Below are positions 1-10,162 of a stretch of DNA of 64,000 nt, one piece after another. The position numbers and the translations under genes are program-made. The DNA comes from Candidatus Obscuribacteraceae bacterium (GTDB lineage: Bacteria; Cyanobacteriota; Vampirovibrionia; Obscuribacterales; Obscuribacteraceae), in NCBI GenBank assembly GCA_044229845.1, contig JBGASG010000003.1, forward strand, positions 64,001 through 128,000, in the 5' to 3' direction. The stretch's first letter is position 1; every line of letters starts with the position of its first letter. The notes beneath the pieces were generated by a model. The model did no database searches. It saw only the letters and a program-made list of their open reading frames with translations, and was not told the DNA's origin.

Positions 1-27
1 AACACCCTCGTCGAAAAGAGGGTGTTT
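1..27 (-). terminator. Hairpin, probable intrinsic terminator of the 58-621 gene
   Basis: AACACCCTC-8nt-GAGGGTGTT inverted repeat just downstream of the minus-strand stop; truncated by the window edge. Confidence 0.55.
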
Positions 28-57
28 CACAGGTCTTCGAGTTCCGCGTTCGATCGA

Positions 58-621
58 TTAGTGGCGCGTTACCGGGTTGGCAGCCACGGTGGCTGGATCG
101 GCTTTGCCCGTGCCCAACGGATCGCCGTGGTAGAAGCGATCGAGCTTGACTTCAGCTTTGCCGGCAACAAATAGCCAGGCAAATATCGCCAGGATGTTGA
201 AGCCGAGCAACAGGGCGAGTGCACCACGGTTCACGTTGGAGACGTCTCGCAGTTCTCCAACACGCGTGTCCTCGGGTATACCGGGCGGCAGGATTATGCT
301 GTCAGGAGTCTGCCCCAGCGGCTTGCCGTAGGTTCCGACCTTACCCGCCTGTGAGTCAGCGGAATATGGTGTCTGAGAGATATCAGGAACCTGAGGGCTA
401 TTCAGTCCGACTTTAGACTGATTGCTGAGCTCCTGATTGAGCTGTGGATGCTTCGGATTAACCTGACTGGGTGGCACCAATTGGTGTCCCTTCCAATCCA
501 TGTCGACACCTTGCGCTTGGGCGCCACCGGACGGGGATAGAACACAAATTGCCAGTGTCGCTGCCAGCGTTAAAACCAAGCGCACTTCCTTCTGTTTGAG
601 CATATGCAGGTCTCCACTCAT
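58..621 (-). CDS. Hypothetical exported/membrane-anchored protein
   Basis: Signal-peptide-like N-terminus (AQA), Pro/Gln-rich body, one C-terminal TM helix. Confidence 0.7.
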   Translation of the reverse strand: MSGDLHMLKQKEVRLVLTLAATLAICVLSPSGGAQAQGVDMDWKGHQLVPPSQVNPKHPQLNQELSNQSKVGLNSPQVPDISQTPYSADSQAGKVGTYGKPLGQTPDSIILPPGIPEDTRVGELRDVSNVNRGALALLLGFNILAIFAWLFVAGKAEVKLDRFYHGDPLGTGKADPATVAANPVTRH

Positions 622-686
622 TTCGGATCTTGATTATCTTTGTGGAGACGACGCCAGAGCGCCACTTTGGTTCCGACACAGCCGTG

Positions 687-1880
687 TCAGCTACCGGCCT
701 GACGCAGCGCAGAAGAGCGCGGCGAGGGCATCTCAGGAACCATTCCTAACATCTCATCGCCGGCACCGGAAAGTGCAAAGGCTCTTTCTCTCACTTGCGA
801 TGCCTCTTTCTGGAGCCTTTCCGCGGACAGATTGTGCTGTTTCTCAATCGTTACTTCGTCGCGTACTCGGGCACCGCGTTCAACCAGGCAGCCATTCCCG
901 ATTATGGAATCGCGAATGGTGGCATTCGGTCGGACGATGTTATTTGACCAGATGATACTGTCGGTGATCTCTGCGTTCCGCTCGATTACGCAGTTATCGC
1001 CGATGACTACGTGCCCTCTGATGCGTACGCCTTCTCCAATGTGCGTGTTGTAGCCGACGAGCAGTTTCCCCCGCACATCGAGATCGGAAGGCAAATCAGA
1101 TCCACCGCAGACCCAGCCAAAGTCTTGCTGCTGACACGGTACGTCAAGATCGATCAAGCCGTTCAGAGCATCGAACGTCGTTTTCAGATACTGCTGCGGA
1201 GTGCCGACATCCGACCAGTAGCCCCAGGTCTCTACACCGAGGATCGGCATGTTCTTTTGCAACATAGCTGGAAAGACCATGCGTCCAAACATGCACATCC
1301 CCTCGGCAGGCATAACGTCGAAAATTTCTGGTTCGCAAACGTAGACGCCGGTCGAGGCAAGATTGGAAATCGCCTTACTTGGATCCGGCTTTTCCTGGAA
1401 CCCAGTGATGAAGCCATTTTCATCCATCACCGCGACGCCAAATTGGCTGACGTCCTCAACCTTTTTGAGAGCAATGGTTGCAACAGCGTTTTTCTCCTGG
1501 TGCTGTCTGATCACGTATGACAAGTCTAGATCTGTAATCAGATCGCCCATGATCACAACGAAAGTGCTGGTGCCGAAAAAGTCCCGGCATGCGCGCACCC
1601 CTCCGGCGTCGCCGGTCAGCTCCTCTTCGTTGATGTACTGCATGCGCACACCCAATCGCGACCCAGCGCCGAAATAATGAGGCACCTGGTCCGGTAAATA
1701 GTGCAAGTTGCACATGATGTCGGTGATGCCATGCTTACGCAGAAGGTTGATGATGTGCTCCATTACGGGACGATTCATGAGCGGCACCATGGGCTTGGAC
1801 AATTGCTGCGTCAAAGGATCCAAACGAGATCCCACACCTGCAGCCAGCACCATGGCTTTCACTCCACCATTGGAAACCAT
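687..1880 (-). CDS. NDP-sugar synthase (mannose-1-phosphate guanylyltransferase-like nucleotidyltransferase) with hexapeptide-repeat C-terminus
   Basis: LAAGVGSRLDPLT...KPMVP motif, GD motif, FQEKP, WSDVGT, left-handed beta-helix repeats; GGAG RBS. Confidence 0.92.
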   Translation of the reverse strand: MVSNGGVKAMVLAAGVGSRLDPLTQQLSKPMVPLMNRPVMEHIINLLRKHGITDIMCNLHYLPDQVPHYFGAGSRLGVRMQYINEEELTGDAGGVRACRDFFGTSTFVVIMGDLITDLDLSYVIRQHQEKNAVATIALKKVEDVSQFGVAVMDENGFITGFQEKPDPSKAISNLASTGVYVCEPEIFDVMPAEGMCMFGRMVFPAMLQKNMPILGVETWGYWSDVGTPQQYLKTTFDALNGLIDLDVPCQQQDFGWVCGGSDLPSDLDVRGKLLVGYNTHIGEGVRIRGHVVIGDNCVIERNAEITDSIIWSNNIVRPNATIRDSIIGNGCLVERGARVRDEVTIEKQHNLSAERLQKEASQVRERAFALSGAGDEMLGMVPEMPSPRSSALRQAGS

Positions 1881-2083
1881 ATGAGTTCTCTCCTGCTATT
1901 CGGAAGGTCATCCACGAGATTGTGTGGACTGTGATGCTGCAAGCACAGCTTCTGTTCCCGTCGAGTCCAACGTCGGCAAGGTGACCGACACCAGCGCCGA
2001 TCGAGCGATCAGACCAGCAAGTTACGCATGAGATTTGGCTGCGCACACCATATGGCTACGCCCATGCCTGCGACTATCTTCGA

Positions 2084-4330
2084 CTACATCGTATCTGCGG
2101 CTGCCGGAAGTTGTTCGTGTTCAGCACGCCAGCGAGACGGTACCATCGTATCCAGAGGTTCGATTTCCTGACCGATACCATCGGGAGCGGTTTGCGGGGA
2201 GAGCTGTTGCCGTGCGAACGGCGGTGCCGTCGGCGGAACAGTTTCTACCGAGCCAGGAACAGTTTGTTCTACTTCGCCGCTGTCGGCACCACCACGAGCT
2301 GCTATCCGACGCGCCGCAGACGGCGTTTCCTGCGTGAGCGTCTGGTTGCGCTGTGCTGGAGCAGATTTAGCATCCTTCTCCTCCCGAGTGTTGCCTTTGT
2401 CACCCACGAATGTCAGGAAACTCTGCGGCTTCTCGCCCTTCTTCGGCAAATTGAACGCGATCGGCGCAATCGTGTGCGCTGCATAGTAGCGGCTTGCATA
2501 GTCTTTCCAAATCCTGGCCATGACGACACCGCCGGTGACATTTCTTCCCTGAATCTTGTCGTTCTCGTCGTTTCCTCCCCAGACTGCTGTGCACATATCG
2601 GGAGTGTAGCCGACAAACCAGATGTCTTTGGAGTCGTCCGCGGTGCCTGTCTTACCAGCTACCTGCCGTCCCTTCAGACGAGCGAACATGCCGGTTCCGC
2701 GGTCGACCGCGGTCATCATCACATCGACTAGGCGACCGACAACGACACGATCGAAAACGCGGTGCGACTCCGGTTTGGCTTCGCTGAGAACCTGCCCCTT
2801 CCCATCTTCAACACGCCTGATCACGGTGGGTTTCATGTACACACCCTGTCGAGCAAAGGTCGAATAGGCGGTCGCCATTTCCATCGGTGAAACCGCCGAG
2901 GCACCGAGTGCCAGCGACAGATACGGATCGAGTTTGGCACTCTTGATCCCCGCCTTACGGGCGACCGAAACAACATTATCGGGTCCGACCAGCTGCATCA
3001 ACCGGATCGAGCACAAGTTACGCGACTTGGCCAGCGCTTCGCGGACGGTGATTTTGCCAAGATACTTGTTGTCGAAATTTTTCGGAGAATATGGTGGCTC
3101 GGACTCACCCATGTCGACGGTGAGCGGATCGTCCTTAATGATTGTTTCGGGCATTACACCTTGCATGAATGCAGCCAGATAGACAAACGGTTTAAAACTG
3201 GAGCCAGCAGTGTGAGGGCTGACGGCTCGGTTCCACTGGTGTTTGTAATAGTCTCCGACGCCGCCGACCATCGCTATCACGCCGCCGTCTTTGACATTGA
3301 TCGAAACTAGAGCAGCTTGCGATACACCCGCCGGAGCCGTCTTGACACCATCGTTGAGCGCCTTCTCGGCGGCCAACTGGGCCTTTGGATCGAGATTGGT
3401 GTACACCTTGATACCATCGTCCAACACGTCTTTTCGATAGTCCTGCTGCAGTTGCTGAACCACATAACTGACATAGTGTGGGTATCTTTCATAAGGATCG
3501 ATGAACTTGCGGAACGCCAGCTTGTCGTTCTTAGCCTGGTCGGTTTCAGTCTTTTTGGCAAGTCCATATTCAGCCATCTTGTCGAGAACAATTTGCTGGC
3601 GATTCACCGCATCTTCCAGGTTTTTCTGGGTTGCCATTGCTGACGGTGCGCGCACCAGACCAGCCAGGTAAGCTGATTCAGCCATGGTCAATTGCGAGGC
3701 GGGCTTGCCGAAGAAACGGCGTGCCGCCGACTCGATGCCGTATGCCTGGCGTCCGAAGTAGACCTGATTCAGGTACATCTCGAGAATCTGATCTTTGCTG
3801 TAGCGACGCTCGAGACTGAGAGCAAGAACAAGTTCCTTGATCTTGCGATCGAATGTCCGCGCTTGATTCTGGAAAAAGAGATTTTTTGCCAGCTGCTGAG
3901 TTATTGTCGAGCCGCCTTCGACGACGTGTCCAGCCGACAGGTTGACCAGCGCGGCGCGTCCGATGCTGACCAGATTGACGCCATCGTGCTTGTAGAACAG
4001 GTGATCCTCGGAAGCCAGCATGGCATGCTGCATGTGCTTCGAGATTTGCGAAAGGGGCACCGCTATTCGGTCCTGTCCAAGCGGCACCACGGCCGCCAGT
4101 TTGTCGAACCGGTCGTATACGAGCACGGATTGTGCAGGCTTGTAGCTCTGCAGCTGATCTATTTGAGGCATAGCCGTCGCAAAGAGGTAACTGATTTGGA
4201 GCACAACGCAGGCAGCTGCCCCGGCCGCCAGGATAAATGCCAACTTCGAGGCTCGATTGCGATTCACCACCTGCCAGAAACGGTTGGACGGCATGTCCCC
4301 CATGTCTCTAAATCTGCGCTTAAACTGCAT
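2084..4330 (-). CDS. Class A penicillin-binding protein (PBP1A family, transglycosylase + transpeptidase)
   Basis: EDHLFYKHDG, GGSTITQQLAKN, RKIKE, SSFK, SRN, KTGT motifs; N-terminal TM. Start uncertain (4330/4303/4294; ORF-track 4444 is only 8 nt from divergent potD). Confidence 0.93.
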   Translation of the reverse strand: MQFKRRFRDMGDMPSNRFWQVVNRNRASKLAFILAAGAAACVVLQISYLFATAMPQIDQLQSYKPAQSVLVYDRFDKLAAVVPLGQDRIAVPLSQISKHMQHAMLASEDHLFYKHDGVNLVSIGRAALVNLSAGHVVEGGSTITQQLAKNLFFQNQARTFDRKIKELVLALSLERRYSKDQILEMYLNQVYFGRQAYGIESAARRFFGKPASQLTMAESAYLAGLVRAPSAMATQKNLEDAVNRQQIVLDKMAEYGLAKKTETDQAKNDKLAFRKFIDPYERYPHYVSYVVQQLQQDYRKDVLDDGIKVYTNLDPKAQLAAEKALNDGVKTAPAGVSQAALVSINVKDGGVIAMVGGVGDYYKHQWNRAVSPHTAGSSFKPFVYLAAFMQGVMPETIIKDDPLTVDMGESEPPYSPKNFDNKYLGKITVREALAKSRNLCSIRLMQLVGPDNVVSVARKAGIKSAKLDPYLSLALGASAVSPMEMATAYSTFARQGVYMKPTVIRRVEDGKGQVLSEAKPESHRVFDRVVVGRLVDVMMTAVDRGTGMFARLKGRQVAGKTGTADDSKDIWFVGYTPDMCTAVWGGNDENDKIQGRNVTGGVVMARIWKDYASRYYAAHTIAPIAFNLPKKGEKPQSFLTFVGDKGNTREEKDAKSAPAQRNQTLTQETPSAARRIAARGGADSGEVEQTVPGSVETVPPTAPPFARQQLSPQTAPDGIGQEIEPLDTMVPSRWRAEHEQLPAAADTM

Positions 4331-4452
4331 GTGACTGGAATTCCTGGCTTTTGGGGTCCCACCGCCCGCGTGCCGGTGGACCCCAATTTTGTCGTGCTCA
4401 ACCGCCCAAATGTTCCAAATAGGTCGTTCAGGCGCTACAATCACGCGAACAC

Positions 4453-5520
4453 ATGGTTTCCAGAAGAGAGTTTCTGCGTTTGCTGGGTGGCACCGTCCTT
4501 GGTGCCGGCTCCTTGTCCGCGTGCAACGAAGAAAAGATCTCCACCGCCAATCTGAACCAGGTCAATATCTACAGCTGGCCGGACTATCTGGATCCCAGTT
4601 CAATTCCGGAGTTTCAGAACCGATTCGGCATCAAAGTGGTGTACGACACGGTTTCTTCAAATGAAGCTTTGCTGGCTAAATTCGCGGCTGGAGCCAGCGA
4701 ATACGACGTGGTTGTGGCCACCAGTTACGGTGTAAAGAAACTGATTGAACTGGGCGTGCTGCAACCGCTTGATAAAGAACGGCTGCCTAATTTCAAAAAC
4801 ATCATGCCGCGCTTTCTGCACACTTCATTCGATCCCGGCTGCAAGTATTCCGCCCCCTACACTTTCGGCACCACCGGCATCGCCTTCAACGTAAATGCCT
4901 TCGCCGGTCGCGCCCTGCCCACCGACTGGGACGTCTTCTGGGACGAACGTCTCAAAGGGCGCATCACGTTGCTCGAAGACGCGCGCGAGACCATCGGAGC
5001 CGCGCTCAAGCACCGCGGATATTCCTTTAATTCGCGCGTCAAAGAAGAAATAGACGACGCCATACGCGATTTGAAACTACAGAAACCGCTCACCATGTGT
5101 TACACGTCGGACCAGGTGATTATCTATTTGGCCAGTGGCGATGCGCTCGTTTCGCTCTCCTACAGCGGCGACGCTAACCAGGCGCGGCGCACCAATCCGG
5201 AGGTGCGCTACGTTATTCCGTCCAGCGGCACATCAGTGTGGCTCGACAATATGTGCATTCCGAAAAATTCACCGCATCCGGAGAACGCCCATAAGTGGAT
5301 CAACTACATGCTGGAAGCCCAAGTAGCTGCGGCGGTGGCCAATTACACTTATTACGCGACTCCGAACGCGGCCGCCCTGCCTTTGATCAAACCAGAGCTG
5401 GCTCACGACAAATGGCTCTATCCGCCCGAAGCAATTCTGGATCGCTGTGAAGAAATTGCGGACATCGGACAATCCATCTTCTATTACGACCGCATGTGGA
5501 CCGAGTTAAAGTGCTACTAG
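4453..5520 (+). CDS. potD: Spermidine/putrescine ABC transporter substrate-binding lipoprotein (Tat signal)
   Basis: SRREFL twin-arginine motif, LSAC lipobox, YSWPDY, SNE, YDVV, WLDNMCIP motifs. Confidence 0.88.
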   Translation: MVSRREFLRLLGGTVLGAGSLSACNEEKISTANLNQVNIYSWPDYLDPSSIPEFQNRFGIKVVYDTVSSNEALLAKFAAGASEYDVVVATSYGVKKLIELGVLQPLDKERLPNFKNIMPRFLHTSFDPGCKYSAPYTFGTTGIAFNVNAFAGRALPTDWDVFWDERLKGRITLLEDARETIGAALKHRGYSFNSRVKEEIDDAIRDLKLQKPLTMCYTSDQVIIYLASGDALVSLSYSGDANQARRTNPEVRYVIPSSGTSVWLDNMCIPKNSPHPENAHKWINYMLEAQVAAAVANYTYYATPNAAALPLIKPELAHDKWLYPPEAILDRCEEIADIGQSIFYYDRMWTELKCY

Positions 5521-6311
5521 CCCCGCATTTCCATAAGGCTGCCGCTTTCGTACCGCTTCAGTCCGCTGTAGAAAATTAGAATCGCCAACAGCAAAAAGCC
5601 AAGCGCAGACAGGAACGTGATACCGACCTTGGCATATGAGAGCGTGCGCAAAGCCTCGATCGGCAGATAGCTGATGAAGGCAGCCGGAACCACCGTGAAT
5701 AAGAGGAAGCGAATTGGTCCGTCAAACAGTGTCGACGGATAGGTAGCGAACGTAATCAGCGCGAACCGCCATTGCTCAGCTAAGCCCTCGGCGTTGCCGA
5801 GGAAGAAACTGAGGCTGCCGGTGATAATGCTGAACGCCACGAAGAGAAGCGCCACGCTGACTGTCAAAATCAAGAACATGATCAGGTGCGCCAGGTCAGG
5901 ACGCACTAACACCACATAAGCCACCACGCCGAATACCGCGTCCCCCCAGGCGGTGACCACCTGTTTGCCGAGCACGAAGTGACTGAGCAGGCGGCGCGGA
6001 TAAAGCAGCCAGCCATCGAGCTCGCCGCGCGCGATCAGTCCCGGCATGTACCAGGCGTTGCCGCACACGGCATGAGCCAAACCAAAACCGCCCGCGGCAA
6101 TCGCCCAGAGTGTAAACACATCCTGGACGGTCCAGCCGCGCAAGACCGGGAATCGATCGAAAAAGACGGCCCAGAACGCCAGCCAGAAGCAATTGTTGAT
6201 AAACATGGCGACCACCTGCGAAATGAACGCCTGCCTGTACTCCAGGTGAGCGCACAGGTTGAGGCGCACATAAGCGGCCGCCATTTTCAGGAAACTGAGA
6301 AGTGAATTCAT
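5517..6311 (-). CDS. ABC-2 family exporter permease (DUF990-like)
   Basis: 6 TM segments, EYR..F, GELD..L.YP, YP..F motifs, ends YESGS; operon with ATPase. Confidence 0.88.
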   Translation of the reverse strand: MNSLLSFLKMAAAYVRLNLCAHLEYRQAFISQVVAMFINNCFWLAFWAVFFDRFPVLRGWTVQDVFTLWAIAAGGFGLAHAVCGNAWYMPGLIARGELDGWLLYPRRLLSHFVLGKQVVTAWGDAVFGVVAYVVLVRPDLAHLIMFLILTVSVALLFVAFSIITGSLSFFLGNAEGLAEQWRFALITFATYPSTLFDGPIRFLLFTVVPAAFISYLPIEALRTLSYAKVGITFLSALGFLLLAILIFYSGLKRYESGSLMEMRG

Positions 6312-6320
6312 TTTCTATAC

Positions 6321-7168
6321 TTATCCACCGTGAGCCTGAACCCGCCGCATCGCTCGCGAGAAAACGAAGGCGACCAGAAGGGAAAAGGCAAGCACTCCAG
6401 AGAACTGCAAAAGCAAAACCCGCAAGAACTCATCTATTGAGGGCGCAATCAGCAAACGTGCCGGTCCGTACACAATGCTGGAAAACGGCAGCGCTCGCAG
6501 GATCGGTTGCACCTGGGGAGGAAACAACTCGATCGGGATCAACATGCCACCAAGGATCATTGTCAGCCTGGAATAAATCAGGGCGATACCGGCCGTGTCT
6601 TCGATCCAGAAGGCGCACAACCCGACCAGGAAGTTGCCCAAGAAGTCGAGGACGAACGCCAGCGGCAAGGCCATAAGCAGCATCAAAAGGCCTGGCAGCG
6701 TGATCGGCTGAACGCCGACGAGCAAGATGCAGAGCACAGCGCCCACAGCCAGATTGAGAGCAAAGCGCACCAGCCGCTCTCCCATGCACACACTCAGTTG
6801 ATAGAGTGGGTATGAGAGGGGACGGATCAACTGCATGGCAACCGCCCCGGTGCGAACATCCTGATCGACGTTGGGAGCAGTGCGCGGCACGGAAAGCATA
6901 ATCGCCTCCGTCACCGCCAGGTACCAGAGCATCTGTTGCAAAGTGATTCCACCCAATCGATCGGCTGCCATTTCCGCATATGTCACCTGCCAGAGCCTGA
7001 GGAAGATGTACATAATCACGGTCAGGAAAACGACACGGCTGGCCGCTTCGCCAAAGTAATAGATGTTGGAACGGGCGGCGGTAGCCGCTCTACCCAGAGA
7101 TACTTGCCGACGTGCTTATATAAGTACTTATATAAGTTGTGTAGGTGCTTGTTGAGGAATGCTTTCAC
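6321..7168 (-). pseudogene. ABC-2 family exporter permease, frameshifted near 7090
   Basis: GTG 7168 with GGGGGTG RBS reads ...GKYLWV then leaves frame; the other frame continues ATAARSNIYYFGEAASRVVFLTVIMYIF into ORF 6321-7019 (DVRTG, RPLSY motifs). Confidence 0.75.
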
Positions 7169-7184
7169 TGTCTCACCCCCTTTT

Positions 7185-8276
7185 TTATGTAATTCCCGCT
7201 GAGCTGTCCTGCGTTTCTTCCGCTGAGCTGTCGTGCGTTTCTTCCGTCCGCTCGGCACTATCTGCGGTGGCGACATATGCGCCGCCCTGCGCATAAATGT
7301 GAGCGATGACGTCTTCCAGAGGCGGATTCTCGATGGTGATGTCAGCAACTGGAGCGCACTGAAGAACCGTTTCCACAACCTTTTCTATAGGAACGATCGT
7401 GGTGTCGACATTCAGTTTGATCGCGTAACCGACCGCTTCAAAGACCTCCACTCCCGGCAAACTGATCGGCTGCGGCGTCTCATGGAATTTGACGCTCAGC
7501 ACCTTGGACCGCAAGAACTCGCGACGTATGCGCGACACCTTATCGTCGATCACCACCCGTCCATGGTTAATGACGATCACACGTTTAGCCACATGTTCGA
7601 TGTCTCCGGCATCATGACTGGTCAGGAAGACAGTCAATCCTTCGTCGCGATTCCATTCGCGAATCAGGTCGCGCAACTCCTGGCGAGCGACAACGTCTAG
7701 TCCGATCGTCGGCTCATCAAGGAAAATCACTTTGGGCATGTGCAGAAGGCTGGCTGCCACTTCGGCTCGCATGCGTTGTCCCAGTGACAGCTTGCGCACA
7801 GGCGTGTTCAGAAACGCGCCGAGCGCGAACCGTTCGATCAACAGATCCCTGCGTTTCTCGTATTGAGCCCGCGGCAAATCATAGATTCTGGCCAGCAACT
7901 CAAACGTATCGCGCGGCGGCAGGTGATACCACAACTGCGAACGTTGCCCGAAAACGGCGCCGATGTGTCGCGTCAGCTTTGTCCGCTCTTGCCAGGGTAC
8001 ACAACCGAGGACACGGGCGCTGCCCGATGTCGGATGCAAAATGCCAGTCAACATCTTTATGGTCGTAGACTTACCGGCACCATTGGGTCCGATGAAAGCA
8101 ACGGATTGTCCCGTCGGGACGGAAAGCGAGATGTCGTCGACGGCTACAGTTTCCGTATTCGCGCGCTTCAGTCCTTTACCCTGTTTGCGAGTAAACGTTT
8201 TTCTCAATCTCTCAATCTCAACACCGACACTTCCCTGTGCGGACAGGGCGTTGTGCTGTTCTTCTAAGTCGCTCAT
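7185..8276 (-). CDS. ABC-2 type exporter ATP-binding protein
   Basis: GPNGAGKST, FGQRSQLW, LSLGQRMR, LDEPTIGLD, TSHD; ATG 8276 preceded by GGAG. Confidence 0.93.
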   Translation of the reverse strand: MSDLEEQHNALSAQGSVGVEIERLRKTFTRKQGKGLKRANTETVAVDDISLSVPTGQSVAFIGPNGAGKSTTIKMLTGILHPTSGSARVLGCVPWQERTKLTRHIGAVFGQRSQLWYHLPPRDTFELLARIYDLPRAQYEKRRDLLIERFALGAFLNTPVRKLSLGQRMRAEVAASLLHMPKVIFLDEPTIGLDVVARQELRDLIREWNRDEGLTVFLTSHDAGDIEHVAKRVIVINHGRVVIDDKVSRIRREFLRSKVLSVKFHETPQPISLPGVEVFEAVGYAIKLNVDTTIVPIEKVVETVLQCAPVADITIENPPLEDVIAHIYAQGGAYVATADSAERTEETHDSSAEETQDSSAGIT

Positions 8277-9014
8277 GACGGTACTCCATCGCCGACGCCG
8301 GGGTGATGCCGACGCTGACGCCGATGCCGACGCCCGATGCTGGTGCATACGATGCACACGGGTGTCGCGCGGCAGATGCAAATCTGCCCGCGGGTGTGAT
8401 TTATACCGGGCGCGAATGCCAGCGTAAGCGCAATCCTGCATATGCTCAAGGGTTTATTAGCATTTGTTGCAGAGAAACTTTGTCTCAGCGGGAACAAATC
8501 CGTTCCAAAGGTCTGTCTCCTCATCCGTATTCTGCGTTTGATAAGGGATGTGCTCAATCAGGAAACGGTTGTTCGGCACTAAAATGAAGACCAACTGCCA
8601 CCACATACGGCACTGACTAGAACGCAGAATACTCGAGAATGCAAATCTCAAATCGGAGCCACTCGGCGAGAGCACCATGGAAGGTAATCAAGTCACAAGC
8701 ATTGCTAGACCTCAGTCTGCCGGCACTGTCATTGTGAACAGACCAGCTTCCATGCCGCTTTCGTCGACCGGGCACCACGGGAGGTACCAGCGTATTTTCG
8801 TCACTTCGCTGATGAGCGCTGGCGCAACCCCGAGTTGCGACTCGGGAATTCCCGGTTGGGGTTTGGCTATACTCGGCAATGAGGAGCGAACGTAGTCCGA
8901 GCGAAATCAGTCCGAATCGAACAAAGAGTAGTTCAATCTTGGTTCGGCGGTTTTTTTGCGCCTAGCTTCACTAGGCCATCGGGCTTATAAAATGTAGAGG
9001 TATAGGTGATTAAG

Positions 9015-10097
9015 ATGAGCAAGACAGTAAAGAGAGTCCTTTTCAGTGCGGTAGCGGCCACCCTGGGCGTGATACCGATGGCAATGGCGCAACAAGAAGC
9101 CACCGTCGTGGCCGCCACTCCATCCGGCTCGTTGGTCGAGCGTACCACCGTCACTTCCGCTTGCGGAAAACTTTTCACCATCGACGCCAACGCCGATGGC
9201 TTGACCGCTGAAGAGCGTGCCACAATAATTCAAAAGAACCTGGACAACGCGTTGGTCAAAGCACTGCATCGCACACCGAATGCGGTGACCGTTGAACTGG
9301 CTAACAACAATCCGACCGTCAAACTCGACGGACTACATATCGCCACGGCCGACGGTAACAGCGCCGCCCGCGCTGGCATGACACAAATGCAACTAGCCAA
9401 CAAATGGGCAGACTCGATTCGTTTCTGCCTGTCTGACACCGCAGCGATTCAAAGATACCTGTCTTCGCTGACCGGCAACTTCCCCACTAAAAAGGTGATG
9501 GTGCAGAGTCGTGAAGAAGTAGCATACATTCCAGCCGGCAAGTTCTTGCCTATCAAACTGAACAGCGCGATCAACGGCGCCACCGCTCAAGTCGGCGACA
9601 AAATTGAAGGCATCATCTCGACTGACATTCCGCTGCAGACCAGTTATTTCGCCACCCGCTACGATGCCTACATTCCTGAAGGTTCAGTGGCGGTCGGCCG
9701 TTACATCGACGCCAGCAACAACTACCTGGGCAAAGGCGCTCTCGGCATGCAGTTCGATGAAATCCGCACTCCGAGCGGCGAAAGCATTCCAATCAACGCT
9801 CATATTCTGGGCGGACCGGGAAGCTGGGTGGTCATGAACGTCACACCTGAAAAAACCGCCTGCAGCTCGTTTGCCCGCACGCTGGAAGACAAGGGCGCCG
9901 CGGCTCTGCCGGTTCGTGCCAGCATCTGTGGTGGATGGCGCGGGTATCCGATCGCGCAAGGTCCCAACATGCCCTATCAAAAGATGACCTTGACCCGTAA
10001 AGCACCGATCGCAGTCTCCGCCGGCACGCCGATGATTCTGCAGATGACTGCTCCGACCGCACTTTCGCTGGTCACTGACGGCGCCTCCGTCATGTAG
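9015..10097 (+). CDS. Exported hypothetical protein with C-terminal TrbI/VirB10-like beta domain
   Basis: Signal peptide (AMA), RA..IQKNLDNALV domain, LPIKLNSAI...QVGDKIEG...IPEGS pattern. Confidence 0.75.
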   Translation: MSKTVKRVLFSAVAATLGVIPMAMAQQEATVVAATPSGSLVERTTVTSACGKLFTIDANADGLTAEERATIIQKNLDNALVKALHRTPNAVTVELANNNPTVKLDGLHIATADGNSAARAGMTQMQLANKWADSIRFCLSDTAAIQRYLSSLTGNFPTKKVMVQSREEVAYIPAGKFLPIKLNSAINGATAQVGDKIEGIISTDIPLQTSYFATRYDAYIPEGSVAVGRYIDASNNYLGKGALGMQFDEIRTPSGESIPINAHILGGPGSWVVMNVTPEKTACSSFARTLEDKGAAALPVRASICGGWRGYPIAQGPNMPYQKMTLTRKAPIAVSAGTPMILQMTAPTALSLVTDGASVM

Positions 10098-10162
10098 TCG
10101 CGAGAGAAGCGAATCAGTCAGTATCATCAAAAGAAATCATCGAAGATTTAGAGGAAATAGAA

